A program made the position numbers and the translations under genes. The notes beneath the pieces are model-generated. The model saw nothing but the letters and a program-made list of their open reading frames with translations, had not been told where the DNA came from and ran no database searches. From Synechococcus elongatus PCC 6301 (lineage in GTDB: Bacteria; Cyanobacteriota; Cyanobacteriia; Synechococcales; Synechococcaceae), in the NCBI RefSeq assembly GCF_000010065.1, contig NC_006576.1:1950001-1982000 (forward strand): 32,000 nt of DNA, read 5' to 3'. The first letter of the stretch is position 1. Each line of letters starts with the position of its first letter. This document shows positions 11,132 to 19,787 of this stretch, piece after piece.

Positions 11132-12259
11132 TTGTCTGTCACTGCCCAGCGATCGCCAATTTTGCTTGCCCCTGCTCAAGTGTTACGAGGCTGGGGCGCA
11201 CTCTCAGAGGCAGGATCTGCGATCGCCCGCGTTGGTCAGCGTCCCCTTGTGGTGGGTGGCGATCGCGCCAGAGCACTCGTCCAAGACAGTTTGACGGCGA
11301 TCGCTTCAGAACAATCCCTGACCCTAGGTTGGGGCAGCAGCTTGCCGGACTGTAGTGAAGCGGTTTTGGCACGGCTCCAGCAAGCAGCAACCGAGCATCA
11401 AGCTGATTGCATTCTAGGTGTGGGCGGCGGTAAGGCGCTCGATACGGCCAAACTGCTGGGGCATCAACTGTCGCTGCCGGTGATCACCGTGCCGACGAGT
11501 GCGGCGACCTGTGCGGCTTGGACAGCATTGGCGAATGTCTATACCGATGCCGGGGCTTGGCTCTACGATGTCGGTCTCGATCGCTGTCCTGAGTTGCTGA
11601 TTCTCGACTTTGAACTGATTGCCCAAGCGCCCCCCCGCACCCTAGCGGCGGGAATTGGGGATGCGATCGCCAAGTGGTACGAAGCTTCCGTCAGCAGTGG
11701 TCATCGCCAAGAAACTTTGGTCGTTGCGGCGGTTCAGCAAGCTCGTGTCCTGCGTGATCTGCTCTTCCAGAAATCGGCTGCCGCGATCGCGGAACCTGGC
11801 GGTGAGCAATGGTACGAAGTGGTGGAAGCCACCGTTTTACTTGCAGGCGTGATTGGGGGGTTAGGTGGGGCGCAATGCCGCACGGTGGCTGCCCATGCTG
11901 TCCACAATGGCTTGACCCATCTGCCCGCTTGTCATGATTGGCTGCACGGCGAGAAGGTTGCCTTCGGTATTTTGGTGCAGTTGCGTTTAGAAGAACTGCA
12001 AGGCACCAACCCGCTGGCAGCAACCGCACGGCAACAACTGCTGAGCTTCTATGCCGATCTGGGGCTGCCGCGCCAATGGTCTGACATGGGCTTAGCGTCC
12101 GTCAGCTTAGCGGATTTGCAGCAAGCGGCAATTCTGGCCTGTGCGCCCGAGTCGGACATTCACCACCTGCCTTTTGCGGTGGATCCTGATCAGCTTTTGG
12201 CGGCGATGGTTTCCACGACTACCCCGATCGCCCGCAGCAACAGTGTGGTGGCTGAATGA
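11132..12259 (+). CDS. iron-containing alcohol/glycerol dehydrogenase family protein
   Basis: 375 aa with a TTG start. Motifs: GVGGGKALDTAKL, VITVPTSAATCAAW, and a His-rich metal site (HAVHNGLTH...HGEKVAFG). Confidence 0.8.
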   Translation: MSVTAQRSPILLAPAQVLRGWGALSEAGSAIARVGQRPLVVGGDRARALVQDSLTAIASEQSLTLGWGSSLPDCSEAVLARLQQAATEHQADCILGVGGGKALDTAKLLGHQLSLPVITVPTSAATCAAWTALANVYTDAGAWLYDVGLDRCPELLILDFELIAQAPPRTLAAGIGDAIAKWYEASVSSGHRQETLVVAAVQQARVLRDLLFQKSAAAIAEPGGEQWYEVVEATVLLAGVIGGLGGAQCRTVAAHAVHNGLTHLPACHDWLHGEKVAFGILVQLRLEELQGTNPLAATARQQLLSFYADLGLPRQWSDMGLASVSLADLQQAAILACAPESDIHHLPFAVDPDQLLAAMVSTTTPIARSNSVVAE

Positions 12260-13167
12260 CTGCGATCGCGCCTGAAACCCGCCTCGGTTCAACCGTTGCC
12301 AACCTAACGGAAGACACCTCCAAGAACCTAGCTGCCGCAATTCAGTGGCAAGCGGTCGCTACAGATTTGCGCGAAGCCCCGATCGAAACTAGCTTTGTGC
12401 AGTTGGGACAGGGCGATCGCCCGCTGCTCTGTCTGCATGGCTTCGACAGCTCCGTGTTTGAATTCCGCCGCCTCTTGCCGCAGCTCGCAGAACAGCATTC
12501 AGTCCGAGCGCTGGACTGTCTGGGTTTTGGATTCACGGAACGGCCTGAAGGGATAGAAATTAGTCCAGATACCATTCGGCAGCATCTCTGGGGCTGCTGG
12601 CAGGCTTGGTATCAGAAACCAATCGTGCTGGTTGGGGCTTCGATGGGTGGGGCGATCGCGATCGATTTCGCCCTGAACTATCCCGAGGCGGTGGCCGGTT
12701 TGATCTTGATCGATAGCGCCGGTATTGCACCGGGGCCGTGGATTGGTCGCTTTTTGCCATCGCCCTTAGATGGCTGGGCGGTGGACTTTCTGGGACGACC
12801 GGATGTGCGTCGTCGCATCAGTGAACGGGCCTATCACGATCCGCAGCGTTGGGTGACGCCGGATGCTGAAACCTGTGCGGCGCTCCATCTCCAGCAACCG
12901 GGCTGGCGCGAGGGGCTACGACGTTTTACTCGCAGTGGCGGCTATGGCTCGATGCGATCGCGCCTCCCTGAACTTCGGCAACCCACGCAACTGGTCTGGG
13001 GTCGCCAAGATCAGATCCTCGGCACCAAAGATGCTGCTGTTTTTCAGCGCCTGTTACCGCAGAGTGAGCTGGTCTGGATTGATGACTGCGGCCACGTTCC
13101 GCATAAAGAACAACCCAGAGCGACGGCTGAAGCAATCGCGACTTTTGTGGCGACTTTACCGACTTGA
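12256..13167 (+). CDS. alpha/beta-fold hydrolase
   Basis: 303 aa. The ATG overlaps the upstream stop as ATGA. HG oxyanion motif (LCLHGFDSS), nucleophile elbow GASMGG, catalytic His in DDCGHVPHKEQP. Confidence 0.85.
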   Translation: MTAIAPETRLGSTVANLTEDTSKNLAAAIQWQAVATDLREAPIETSFVQLGQGDRPLLCLHGFDSSVFEFRRLLPQLAEQHSVRALDCLGFGFTERPEGIEISPDTIRQHLWGCWQAWYQKPIVLVGASMGGAIAIDFALNYPEAVAGLILIDSAGIAPGPWIGRFLPSPLDGWAVDFLGRPDVRRRISERAYHDPQRWVTPDAETCAALHLQQPGWREGLRRFTRSGGYGSMRSRLPELRQPTQLVWGRQDQILGTKDAAVFQRLLPQSELVWIDDCGHVPHKEQPRATAEAIATFVATLPT

Positions 13168-13173
13168 TCCCCC

Positions 13174-13917
13174 TCAAGCCAGCAGACTGACCAGCGATCG
13201 CGCTACCCAATCGATTGCCGGCGCCAGAATCAGCGCTGGCAAAAAGGTGATCGTGGGTAGTCGGGCCACGCCGAGTAAGTTCGCCGCGATCGCCAGAATC
13301 AACAGTCCGCCCGTGCCAGTGAACAGCAGCAAGGCTGGCAACTGGCTGGGATCAGGAATGCCTTGGCTCAACAGGGCTGCTGTCAGGGACATCCCGCCCT
13401 GACTAATGGCGATCGTGCCGATCGAGAACAGAATACTGCGGCCGTAGCTCCCGGCCAAGGCGATCGCACTGAGGCCATCCATCGTGCCTTTGATCAGGAG
13501 CAAGCGCGGATCGCCGTTCAGACCATTCTCCAGACTGCCGATTAGCGTCATGGGGCCGACGCAAAACAGCAGGCTCGCCGCTACGAACCCCTCGGCACCG
13601 ACTTGACCTTGCCGCAGCAGGCGATCGCTCCAGCGTTGAATGCGGCTTTCGAGCTGGTAGAACTCGCCGAGCAGTCCGCCCAGGGTCAATGCCAACAGCG
13701 CCACCACAATGCTGTCGAGGGGACCGCGCACGGACTGGAGTTGCTGAGTCATCTGCAAGCCCACAATCACGGTAATCAGCCCCACCCCTTGGGTGAGGCG
13801 CTGTCGATAGCGATCGGGTAGGCGATCGCGTAGCCAAACGCCCAAACAGCCCCCGATCGCGACGGCTAAGCCGTTGTAGACCGTTCCGTTTAGACGAGAC
13901 CAAATTTCCCAACTCAT
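13174..13917 (-). CDS. multi-pass membrane protein, DUF554 (YqgA/YdfK)-like
   Basis: Probable start is the MSWEIW ATG at 13917; the track ORF extends to 14013. LNGTVYNGLAVAIGGCLGVWLRDRLPDRYRQRLTQGVGL resembles the DUF554 N-terminus as I recall it. Confidence 0.7.
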   Translation of the reverse strand: MSWEIWSRLNGTVYNGLAVAIGGCLGVWLRDRLPDRYRQRLTQGVGLITVIVGLQMTQQLQSVRGPLDSIVVALLALTLGGLLGEFYQLESRIQRWSDRLLRQGQVGAEGFVAASLLFCVGPMTLIGSLENGLNGDPRLLLIKGTMDGLSAIALAGSYGRSILFSIGTIAISQGGMSLTAALLSQGIPDPSQLPALLLFTGTGGLLILAIAANLLGVARLPTITFLPALILAPAIDWVARSLVSLLA

Positions 13918-14012
13918 GAAAAATTGCCAAGGAACCGCAGGCAGCCTAACGCGGATGCAATCGTAGACTGAGGGAACCACGCGGCCAAAGGCAACAGACT
14001 TCGACCCCTGCA

Positions 14013-15926
14013 ATGGCTGATTCCACTCTTGCTCAGTTGCTCGAAATTTTGCGGCAGCAATCTTTTGTGGATTTGCCGCGTCCGCAAATCTACTTCAAGG
14101 CTTCGCTGACAGCCCTGTCGCATGCCCTGGAGGATTTGGTCTTTGCCACGGATGAGAAGCCATTATTAATCGCCAGTTTCCAGCGCGAGCGCTTCTATCG
14201 CCAAGAAGCCCATCGCTACGAGCGGCTGGCCCACGTGACCAGTGCTCAGTTTGTGCTGGCCGCCGCAGAATCCCGCTTTGCCGATGCGGATACCTATCCC
14301 GCCGTGGCGTTTCCACCCTCCGATCCGCTGGCCTTGGAATGGAATCTGGTGGTGATTGGCCCTCGCACCACCGGCTGCCTGATCTGCATGGAAAAACTCG
14401 ATCGCCAAGGTCCCTTAGAGCCGGCCATGGATACGGCACGCCCCTTTGAGGGCATTTGGACCACCGATCGCCGCGTCGTCACGGTTGCAGCCGAGCTTCT
14501 GCTCGATCGCATTGCTGAATTTCGACCCGATTTACAAGCCAAGACAGAGTCGGCGATCGCGGCGCTTCCTCCTGCCGAAGCCAGTGCTCCCAGCGTCGAA
14601 ACGCCTTTTGCTGAGCGCCTGCTCAACTATCTACAAGCCGGACAATACAAACTCCTCAAGGCCTATCGCGCCCAGGCCCGACAAACTCGCAAAGAACAAC
14701 TGATCAACACGATCAGTAGTGCGGTGCGCCAATCGCTCAATCCTGAAGCGGTTCTCGAAATTGCCGCACGAGAACTTGGGCTGTCGCTGGCTGCCAATCG
14801 CTGTCTGATCTATGCCTGCACGCCGGAAACGGAACAGATTCTGGTGGAGCATGAGTATCGCCAAACCGAGACCGCTTCCCTAGGCGATCGCCTCTGGCCC
14901 CTGCAAGAGAATCCACTCTTCCAGCAAGTCGCCACTGATCGCAAAGCGATTCGTCTGACCGTCGATGATCCTGAAGCGACCCTGCCTTACATCCAAGCGA
15001 TGCGACAGCAGTGGGACATCGCCCACTGGCTGCTAATTCCGGTGCAGTATCGCCAAGAACTGATCGGGATGATTGAACTCCATCGCGAAGCGACTGCCGA
15101 GCCTTGGGATCTCGCGGATCAAGAACTGGCAGAAGCGATCGCGACTCAGATTGGGGTGGCACTGATTCAAGCCCAGACCTTCCGGCAGCTGGAAAATCTG
15201 GAACGCACCCGCAGCAATCTGACGGCGATTATTGGTCACGAGCTGCGAACCCCCCTCTCGACTGTGCAAGTCTGCCTCGAAAGTTTGGCCACTGAGCCGG
15301 ATATGAGTGCGGATCTGCGCCAAGTGATGTTGCAGACGGCTTTGGATGATGCGGAGCGGCTGCGCTTGTTGGTGCAAGATTTTCTGACCCTCTCGCGTTT
15401 GGAAAGTGGCCGGATTGACTGGCATCCAGAATCGCTGGCGCTGGATGAATGCGTCGCCATGGCGATGAGTGGACTGCGATCGCGGCATCAGCGCGACTCA
15501 CTGCCCAGCATCGAACAAAAGCTGCCCGCCAGCTTGCCGCTGGTGCGGGTGGATGGCGACTGGCTGGTGGAAGTGCTGATTAAGCTGCTGGACAACGCCT
15601 GTAAGTTCACCAGCGCCCAAGGCCACGTTTCGATTACGGCGGTCGTAGAAGGCGATCGTGCCTTGCGTGTGGCGATTACCGACGATGGCCGAGGAATCGA
15701 ACCCGATCGCCTCGAAGCAGTTTTCGATCGCTTCTACCAAGAAGATGGCGCGCTACGGCGCAGCCAGGGCGGCAGTGGCCTGGGGCTCGCGATTTGTCGC
15801 CAGATTGTCGAGCGACTGGGTGGGCATATCTGGGCTGAGTCAGAAGGGCGCGATCGCGGGAGTTGTTTTCAGTTCACGCTTCCTCTGGCGACCCGGCATC
15901 CGCAGACGGCAAACGCACTGACTTAA
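14013..15926 (+). CDS. soluble sensor histidine kinase (DICT-like N-terminal domain, GAF, HisKA, HATPase_c)
   Basis: 637 aa with no hydrophobic segments. The N-terminus QIYFKASLTALSHALEDLVF...LIASFQRERFYRQEAHRYERLA looks DICT-like. The central part is GAF-like. H-box IIGHELRTPLSTV, N-box KLLDNACKFT, G-boxes DDGRGIEPD and GSGLGLAICRQIV. Confidence 0.9.
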   Translation: MADSTLAQLLEILRQQSFVDLPRPQIYFKASLTALSHALEDLVFATDEKPLLIASFQRERFYRQEAHRYERLAHVTSAQFVLAAAESRFADADTYPAVAFPPSDPLALEWNLVVIGPRTTGCLICMEKLDRQGPLEPAMDTARPFEGIWTTDRRVVTVAAELLLDRIAEFRPDLQAKTESAIAALPPAEASAPSVETPFAERLLNYLQAGQYKLLKAYRAQARQTRKEQLINTISSAVRQSLNPEAVLEIAARELGLSLAANRCLIYACTPETEQILVEHEYRQTETASLGDRLWPLQENPLFQQVATDRKAIRLTVDDPEATLPYIQAMRQQWDIAHWLLIPVQYRQELIGMIELHREATAEPWDLADQELAEAIATQIGVALIQAQTFRQLENLERTRSNLTAIIGHELRTPLSTVQVCLESLATEPDMSADLRQVMLQTALDDAERLRLLVQDFLTLSRLESGRIDWHPESLALDECVAMAMSGLRSRHQRDSLPSIEQKLPASLPLVRVDGDWLVEVLIKLLDNACKFTSAQGHVSITAVVEGDRALRVAITDDGRGIEPDRLEAVFDRFYQEDGALRRSQGGSGLGLAICRQIVERLGGHIWAESEGRDRGSCFQFTLPLATRHPQTANALT

Positions 15927-16872
15927 TCGGACGAGGGGCTTTTTGCCCTGAGGGCTGGGGCCGTGGGCGATCGCGTTGATCGACCCGGCGCGGCAGTGGA
16001 CTGCGTTGGGGGCGAACTTCACCGGCTTGCGCCGCATAACTTGCGGAACGGTGTTCGCTGCTTTGACCCTGACCTCGTAGTTGGGGCTTCGGTTTGGGGC
16101 GACGGCCCGGCAACGCCGCCACTGCTTCTGCTTGGCGAACCACCAAGACTTCACCCTGCCGTTCGACTTGAAAGTCCCAGAAGTGATGGAGCGCTCGCAG
16201 GTCGAGGTTGCCTTTAAGCACGAGCTTGAATCCGGCGGGTCGCTCACCCGGTTCAGTTTTAGCCTGCTGGCTAATGCGGACGACAATCCGCTGCAAGTCG
16301 GGCCGCGTAAAGACAACTTCACCCCGAATCGAGAAAAAGTTCTCCGAGACTTGGAGCTTGGGCGGGCTGGGTGGCCGAATGCCCGGGGTCAGTTGCGATC
16401 GCTTGGTCAGCATCTCTGGCTCCCAGAGACCGACGATCTGCATGTGCAGCCCCCCTTCGCGATCGCGGGTACGGGGGTAGACCACCCAGAGGTGCTCTTG
16501 ACTGAGATCGATGTGCTTTTTGACCAAGCTCAGCACTCGTCCCAAGAGCACAGCATCAAGGCTGACCCCATCATTGGCAATCAGGGTCCCTTTCGTGAAT
16601 ACCTCAGGATCGGGCTGATATCGTCCGCGTACCAAGCCAATAGCTCGGTATTGGAGCGGTTCACTAGCCGGGGGAATCGGAGCGGGGCGCATGGGTGACG
16701 GCGGAGGAGGAGCAATGGCCAAGATTGGCACTGGCACTAAGGATAGCGCTTGGGGCTGGCATTCCCGGCTGCTCGGCAGGAAACAGCAAATGACCCCCCA
16801 AAAAACTGCTGTTGAGGTTGTTTGAGCCATCCATGCGTTCGGGTCGGGGAGGATGTCAAAATGGCTTCTCAA
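15874..16872 (-). CDS. conserved hypothetical protein with a basic, proline-rich, disordered C-terminal tail
   Basis: The longest ORF is 332 aa. Its first 60 codons look non-coding, so the likely start is MRPAPIPP at 16692, with another candidate at 16830. The 3' end overlaps the convergent kinase gene by 53 nt. I recognise no family. Confidence 0.55.
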   Translation of the reverse strand: MRSHFDILPDPNAWMAQTTSTAVFWGVICCFLPSSRECQPQALSLVPVPILAIAPPPPSPMRPAPIPPASEPLQYRAIGLVRGRYQPDPEVFTKGTLIANDGVSLDAVLLGRVLSLVKKHIDLSQEHLWVVYPRTRDREGGLHMQIVGLWEPEMLTKRSQLTPGIRPPSPPKLQVSENFFSIRGEVVFTRPDLQRIVVRISQQAKTEPGERPAGFKLVLKGNLDLRALHHFWDFQVERQGEVLVVRQAEAVAALPGRRPKPKPQLRGQGQSSEHRSASYAAQAGEVRPQRSPLPRRVDQRDRPRPQPSGQKAPRPIKSVRLPSADAGSPEEA

Positions 16873-17793
16873 GTCACTGCTGGGTCGTCAGGGCCCGTTT
16901 GCTTCCTGACGGTCGGTTTGCGATTGCCATCTGCTAGGGGACAGCCTGTGGTTTCCAACTTCAATCAGCCCCGCCCACCGCAGCGCCAGCGGTGGGTCGA
17001 TTCCCTGCTCGGCGTTTCCTTGGTGGCATTGGTGGTGGCTGCAGCCTTGCCCCTGCTATTGCCCCTGGTGCGATTGCCTGGGGGAAGTTCGGCCCGCGAT
17101 CGCGAGTTGGCGGCAGCCCAAGCCACGGCCTTCCAGACAGTGTTGCAACGGGATCCTGACAATCTATCGGCCCTGCGATCGCTGATTGGGGTCTACCTGC
17201 AACAGCAACAGTTACAAGCTGCGATCGCGCCCTTGCAGCGTTTGGCTCGACTGCAACCCCAGCAGCCTGCCTATCGAGTCCTGCTGGCCCAAACCCAGGC
17301 ACAGCTGGGCGATCGCGAAGCTGCCGCCCAAACCTATCGCCAGATTTTGGAAACGGCACCCACAAACTTGGAAGCCCTGCGCGGTTTCACGCAGCTGCTC
17401 CTGACCCAAAAGCAGCCGACAGCAGCAGTCGATCTGTTGCAGAAAGCCCGCCAGACCGACAAAATCACCCCTGCTGACCAAGTAAGCATAGACCTCATGC
17501 TGGCTCAGGTCTATGCCAATCAGGGTCAGATTGATGATGCGATTGCCCTCTACGATCGCAGTGCCCAGAACAACGGTCGTGACTTCCGTCCCTTGCTGGC
17601 GAAAGCACTCTTACTCAAACAGCAGGGCGATCTGCAGAAAGCAACGCCAATTTTTCAAGAGGCGATCGCGATCGCGCCTGCGCAGTATCGAGATCAAATT
17701 CGTCAGCTCAGCCCCGCGAGTATGCCTGCCACTCCCCCTACTCAGCCTGCGACGAAGACCCCACCAACGGCACCCCCGCCACCACCGAATTGA
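16861..17793 (+). CDS. TPR-repeat protein with an N-terminal transmembrane anchor and a Pro-rich C-terminus
   Basis: The ATG at 16861 lies 7 nt after GGGGAGGA. TM segment LLGVSLVALVVAAALPLLLPL. Several 34-residue TPR-like units (for example AAQTYRQILETAPTNLEALRGFTQLLL). Tail PATPPTQPATKTPPTAPPPPPN. Confidence 0.8.
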   Translation: MASQVTAGSSGPVCFLTVGLRLPSARGQPVVSNFNQPRPPQRQRWVDSLLGVSLVALVVAAALPLLLPLVRLPGGSSARDRELAAAQATAFQTVLQRDPDNLSALRSLIGVYLQQQQLQAAIAPLQRLARLQPQQPAYRVLLAQTQAQLGDREAAAQTYRQILETAPTNLEALRGFTQLLLTQKQPTAAVDLLQKARQTDKITPADQVSIDLMLAQVYANQGQIDDAIALYDRSAQNNGRDFRPLLAKALLLKQQGDLQKATPIFQEAIAIAPAQYRDQIRQLSPASMPATPPTQPATKTPPTAPPPPPN

Positions 17794-18001
17794 GGCAACG
17801 AAAGCTGCGATCAGAGCGACTCACTCAGAGCAGCCAGAGTTGAGCTGGAGTCCGTAGCCTCCACCTGAATCGTTCTAACCAGTCTGCTAGCTACTGAAGC
17901 TCGATTAAGGTCTAATTCACCGCACCAGACGAAAGCGGAGCCCAGCTTAGCAACCAGACTTTGCCTGAAATTAGCTCACAGTTGCTTGCAAGCGTCAGCG
18001 C

Positions 18002-19414
18002 CTAGCGCTCTTTGCTGTAGGCATCTTCGCCGTGTAGGGCAAAGTCCAGCCCTTCCAACTCCTGTTCCTCCGTGGCGCGGACACGCATGACCGATTTCAG
18101 GATCGTCCAGATCACGAAGGTAGCGATGCCAACAAAGAGATAGGTAATCAACACGGCTTGGATCTGTGCCCAAGTCATGGCCAAAGGACCCTGGGAGATC
18201 ACCTTGAACTGGGTTGGGAAAGCTTTCTCAACGAGGAAATCCTTCTGGGCAAAAATGCCCGTGAGAATAGCGCCGACGGTTCCGCCAACGCCGTGTACCC
18301 CAAAAGCATCTAGGGAATCATCCAGTCGGATCCGGCTCTTAACTTTGGCGACGAACAGAAAGCAGACTAGGGCTGTCAAGGCACCGATGGGAAGTGCCGC
18401 CCAAACAGGAATGAACCCAGCAGACGGTGTGATTCCGACTAGACCAGCCACCGCGCCGGTTGCGGCGCCTACGGCGGTGGGCTTCCCGAGGTCAATCTGC
18501 TCGAGTAATAGCCAAGTCAGCATGGCTGTTGCTGCTGCCGTATTGGTGGTGAGGAAGGCAAAACCGGCGCCTTGGGCAGCGAAGTAGCTCGCGCCGTTAA
18601 ATCCAAACCAGCCGAACCAAAGCAGACCTGCCCCCAACAAAATAAAGGGCACATTGTGCGGCGGCGACAGACGATTCGGGAAGACGCGACGCGGGCCGAT
18701 CATTGCCACGGACACTAGGGCACCCACCCCAGAGGCAATATGGACAACGGTGCTGCCGGCAAAGTCGAGGGCGCCAATCTGGCCATAGATAAAGCCATTG
18801 CTTCCCCAGACCATGTGCGCCATAGGGATGTAGACAAGCGTGGACCAGAGCAAGCCGAACCAGAACCAAGCCTTAAAATTGACCCGCTCTACCAGCGCTC
18901 CAGAAATCAGAGCGGGCGTAATGATTGCGAACATGCCTTGAAACAGCGCAAAGCTGGAGGCAGACATACCGGAGATCATCAACTCATCGCCGGCCCAGAC
19001 AGGATCAATGCCAAACTTGCCACCGACACCATTGAAAAACAGGTTACTAAAACCGCCGATAAAGGGACTCCCTAAACTGGTGTCGAAAGCGAGACTGTAG
19101 CCATAAATCACCCAAGTCATGCCGACGAGCCCCATCATCAAGAAGCTCATCATCATGATATTTAGGACGTTCTGGGCTCTGCCAAAACCGCCATAGAAAA
19201 AGGCTAGCCCCGGTGTCATCAAAAGGACGAGGGCTGAGCCGATTAGGAGGAGTAGCGTGTCAGTTCCAGTCTTGGCGGCAGTGACGTTGCTATTGAGCTG
19301 CTCCAGCGTTAGCTGAGGTGCAGTTGCTGCCAGAGTTGGATGGGCCAGCAGAAATGCAGAAATGCCAGCCAGTGCTGCAGTCAAACCCAGAGTTCGCCAT
19401 CGTTTGTCGAACAT
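18002..19414 (-). CDS. amtB: ammonium transporter (Amt/MEP/Rh family)
   Basis: 470 aa with a signal-like N-terminus. Amt signatures are present: LDFAGSTVVHIASGVGALV and DDSLDAFGVHGVGGTVGAILTG. There are many TM segments. Confidence 0.93.
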   Translation of the reverse strand: MFDKRWRTLGLTAALAGISAFLLAHPTLAATAPQLTLEQLNSNVTAAKTGTDTLLLLIGSALVLLMTPGLAFFYGGFGRAQNVLNIMMMSFLMMGLVGMTWVIYGYSLAFDTSLGSPFIGGFSNLFFNGVGGKFGIDPVWAGDELMISGMSASSFALFQGMFAIITPALISGALVERVNFKAWFWFGLLWSTLVYIPMAHMVWGSNGFIYGQIGALDFAGSTVVHIASGVGALVSVAMIGPRRVFPNRLSPPHNVPFILLGAGLLWFGWFGFNGASYFAAQGAGFAFLTTNTAAATAMLTWLLLEQIDLGKPTAVGAATGAVAGLVGITPSAGFIPVWAALPIGALTALVCFLFVAKVKSRIRLDDSLDAFGVHGVGGTVGAILTGIFAQKDFLVEKAFPTQFKVISQGPLAMTWAQIQAVLITYLFVGIATFVIWTILKSVMRVRATEEQELEGLDFALHGEDAYSKER

Positions 19415-19486
19415 TGCCTGAGGAATCCTAGAGAGTGTGAAGGTTCGGAGATCTCACAACTCTGGCTAGGCAGACTGGTGATATAC

Positions 19487-19500
19487 GTAACTTTTGCTAC
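19487..19500 (-). promoter_or_regulatory. NtcA-type binding site GTA-N8-TAC upstream of the ammonium transporter gene
   Basis: GTAACTTTTGCTAC is a perfect GTA-N8-TAC palindrome centred about 80 nt upstream of the amt ATG (19414). The nearest -10-like hexamer on the - strand is TAGCCA (19463-19468). That gives an 18-nt spacing, shorter than the usual 20-23 nt. Confidence 0.6.
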
Positions 19501-19511
19501 TTTTTGGGGGA

Positions 19512-19529
19512 ATTTCAGATTTCTGAAAT
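19512..19529. promoter_or_regulatory. perfect 8-bp inverted repeat ATTTCAGA-tt-TCTGAAAT just upstream of the NtcA box
   Basis: Read directly from the sequence. It lies in the AT-rich amt upstream region, 12 nt from the NtcA box. Its function is unknown. Confidence 0.25.
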
Positions 19530-19787
19530 AAACTGCATTTTCTTTGAAGCAAACTGGGAAGGCTTTTCCTCTTGAAAGCGATATGAGGGTAAACCGATCG
19601 CTGGCAACTGAAAAAAGAGTCCTATCTGGCCGAGTGAAAACTCCATTCACTCTAGTAGAGGTATCAGGAGCGATCGCCTAGCAAAGCCCTTAGCGACCAA
19701 GCTACTAGAAGAGATAAAGTCGCTCGAGCCAGCGCTGGTTCAGCCCACTCGCATTGGCAGGATGAAAGGCACATCCTTGCGTGAGAC

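Noticed and set aside
12863-13402. 179-aa + strand ORF spanning the hydrolase / DUF554 junction (also 13403-13930 - strand, 175 aa)
   Set aside because: These are alternative frames of two well-supported genes and run through a convergent gene boundary. The translations are low-complexity.
16081-16698. 205-aa ORF on the + strand
   Set aside because: It lies entirely antisense to the 15874-16872 gene. It has no motifs and its composition fits a shadow frame.
17794-18001. Bidirectional terminator between the TPR gene and the amt gene
   Set aside because: The interval has only 4-5-bp stems and direct CAGAG repeats, with no stable GC-rich hairpin followed by a T/A tract.
19632-19652. Hairpin GAGTGAA-7-TTCACTC as terminator of the kinase-WYL gene
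   Set aside because: It has only a 7-bp stem, lies 136 nt past the stop, and the T-run on the - strand starts about 15 nt after the stem. This is not a convincing intrinsic terminator.
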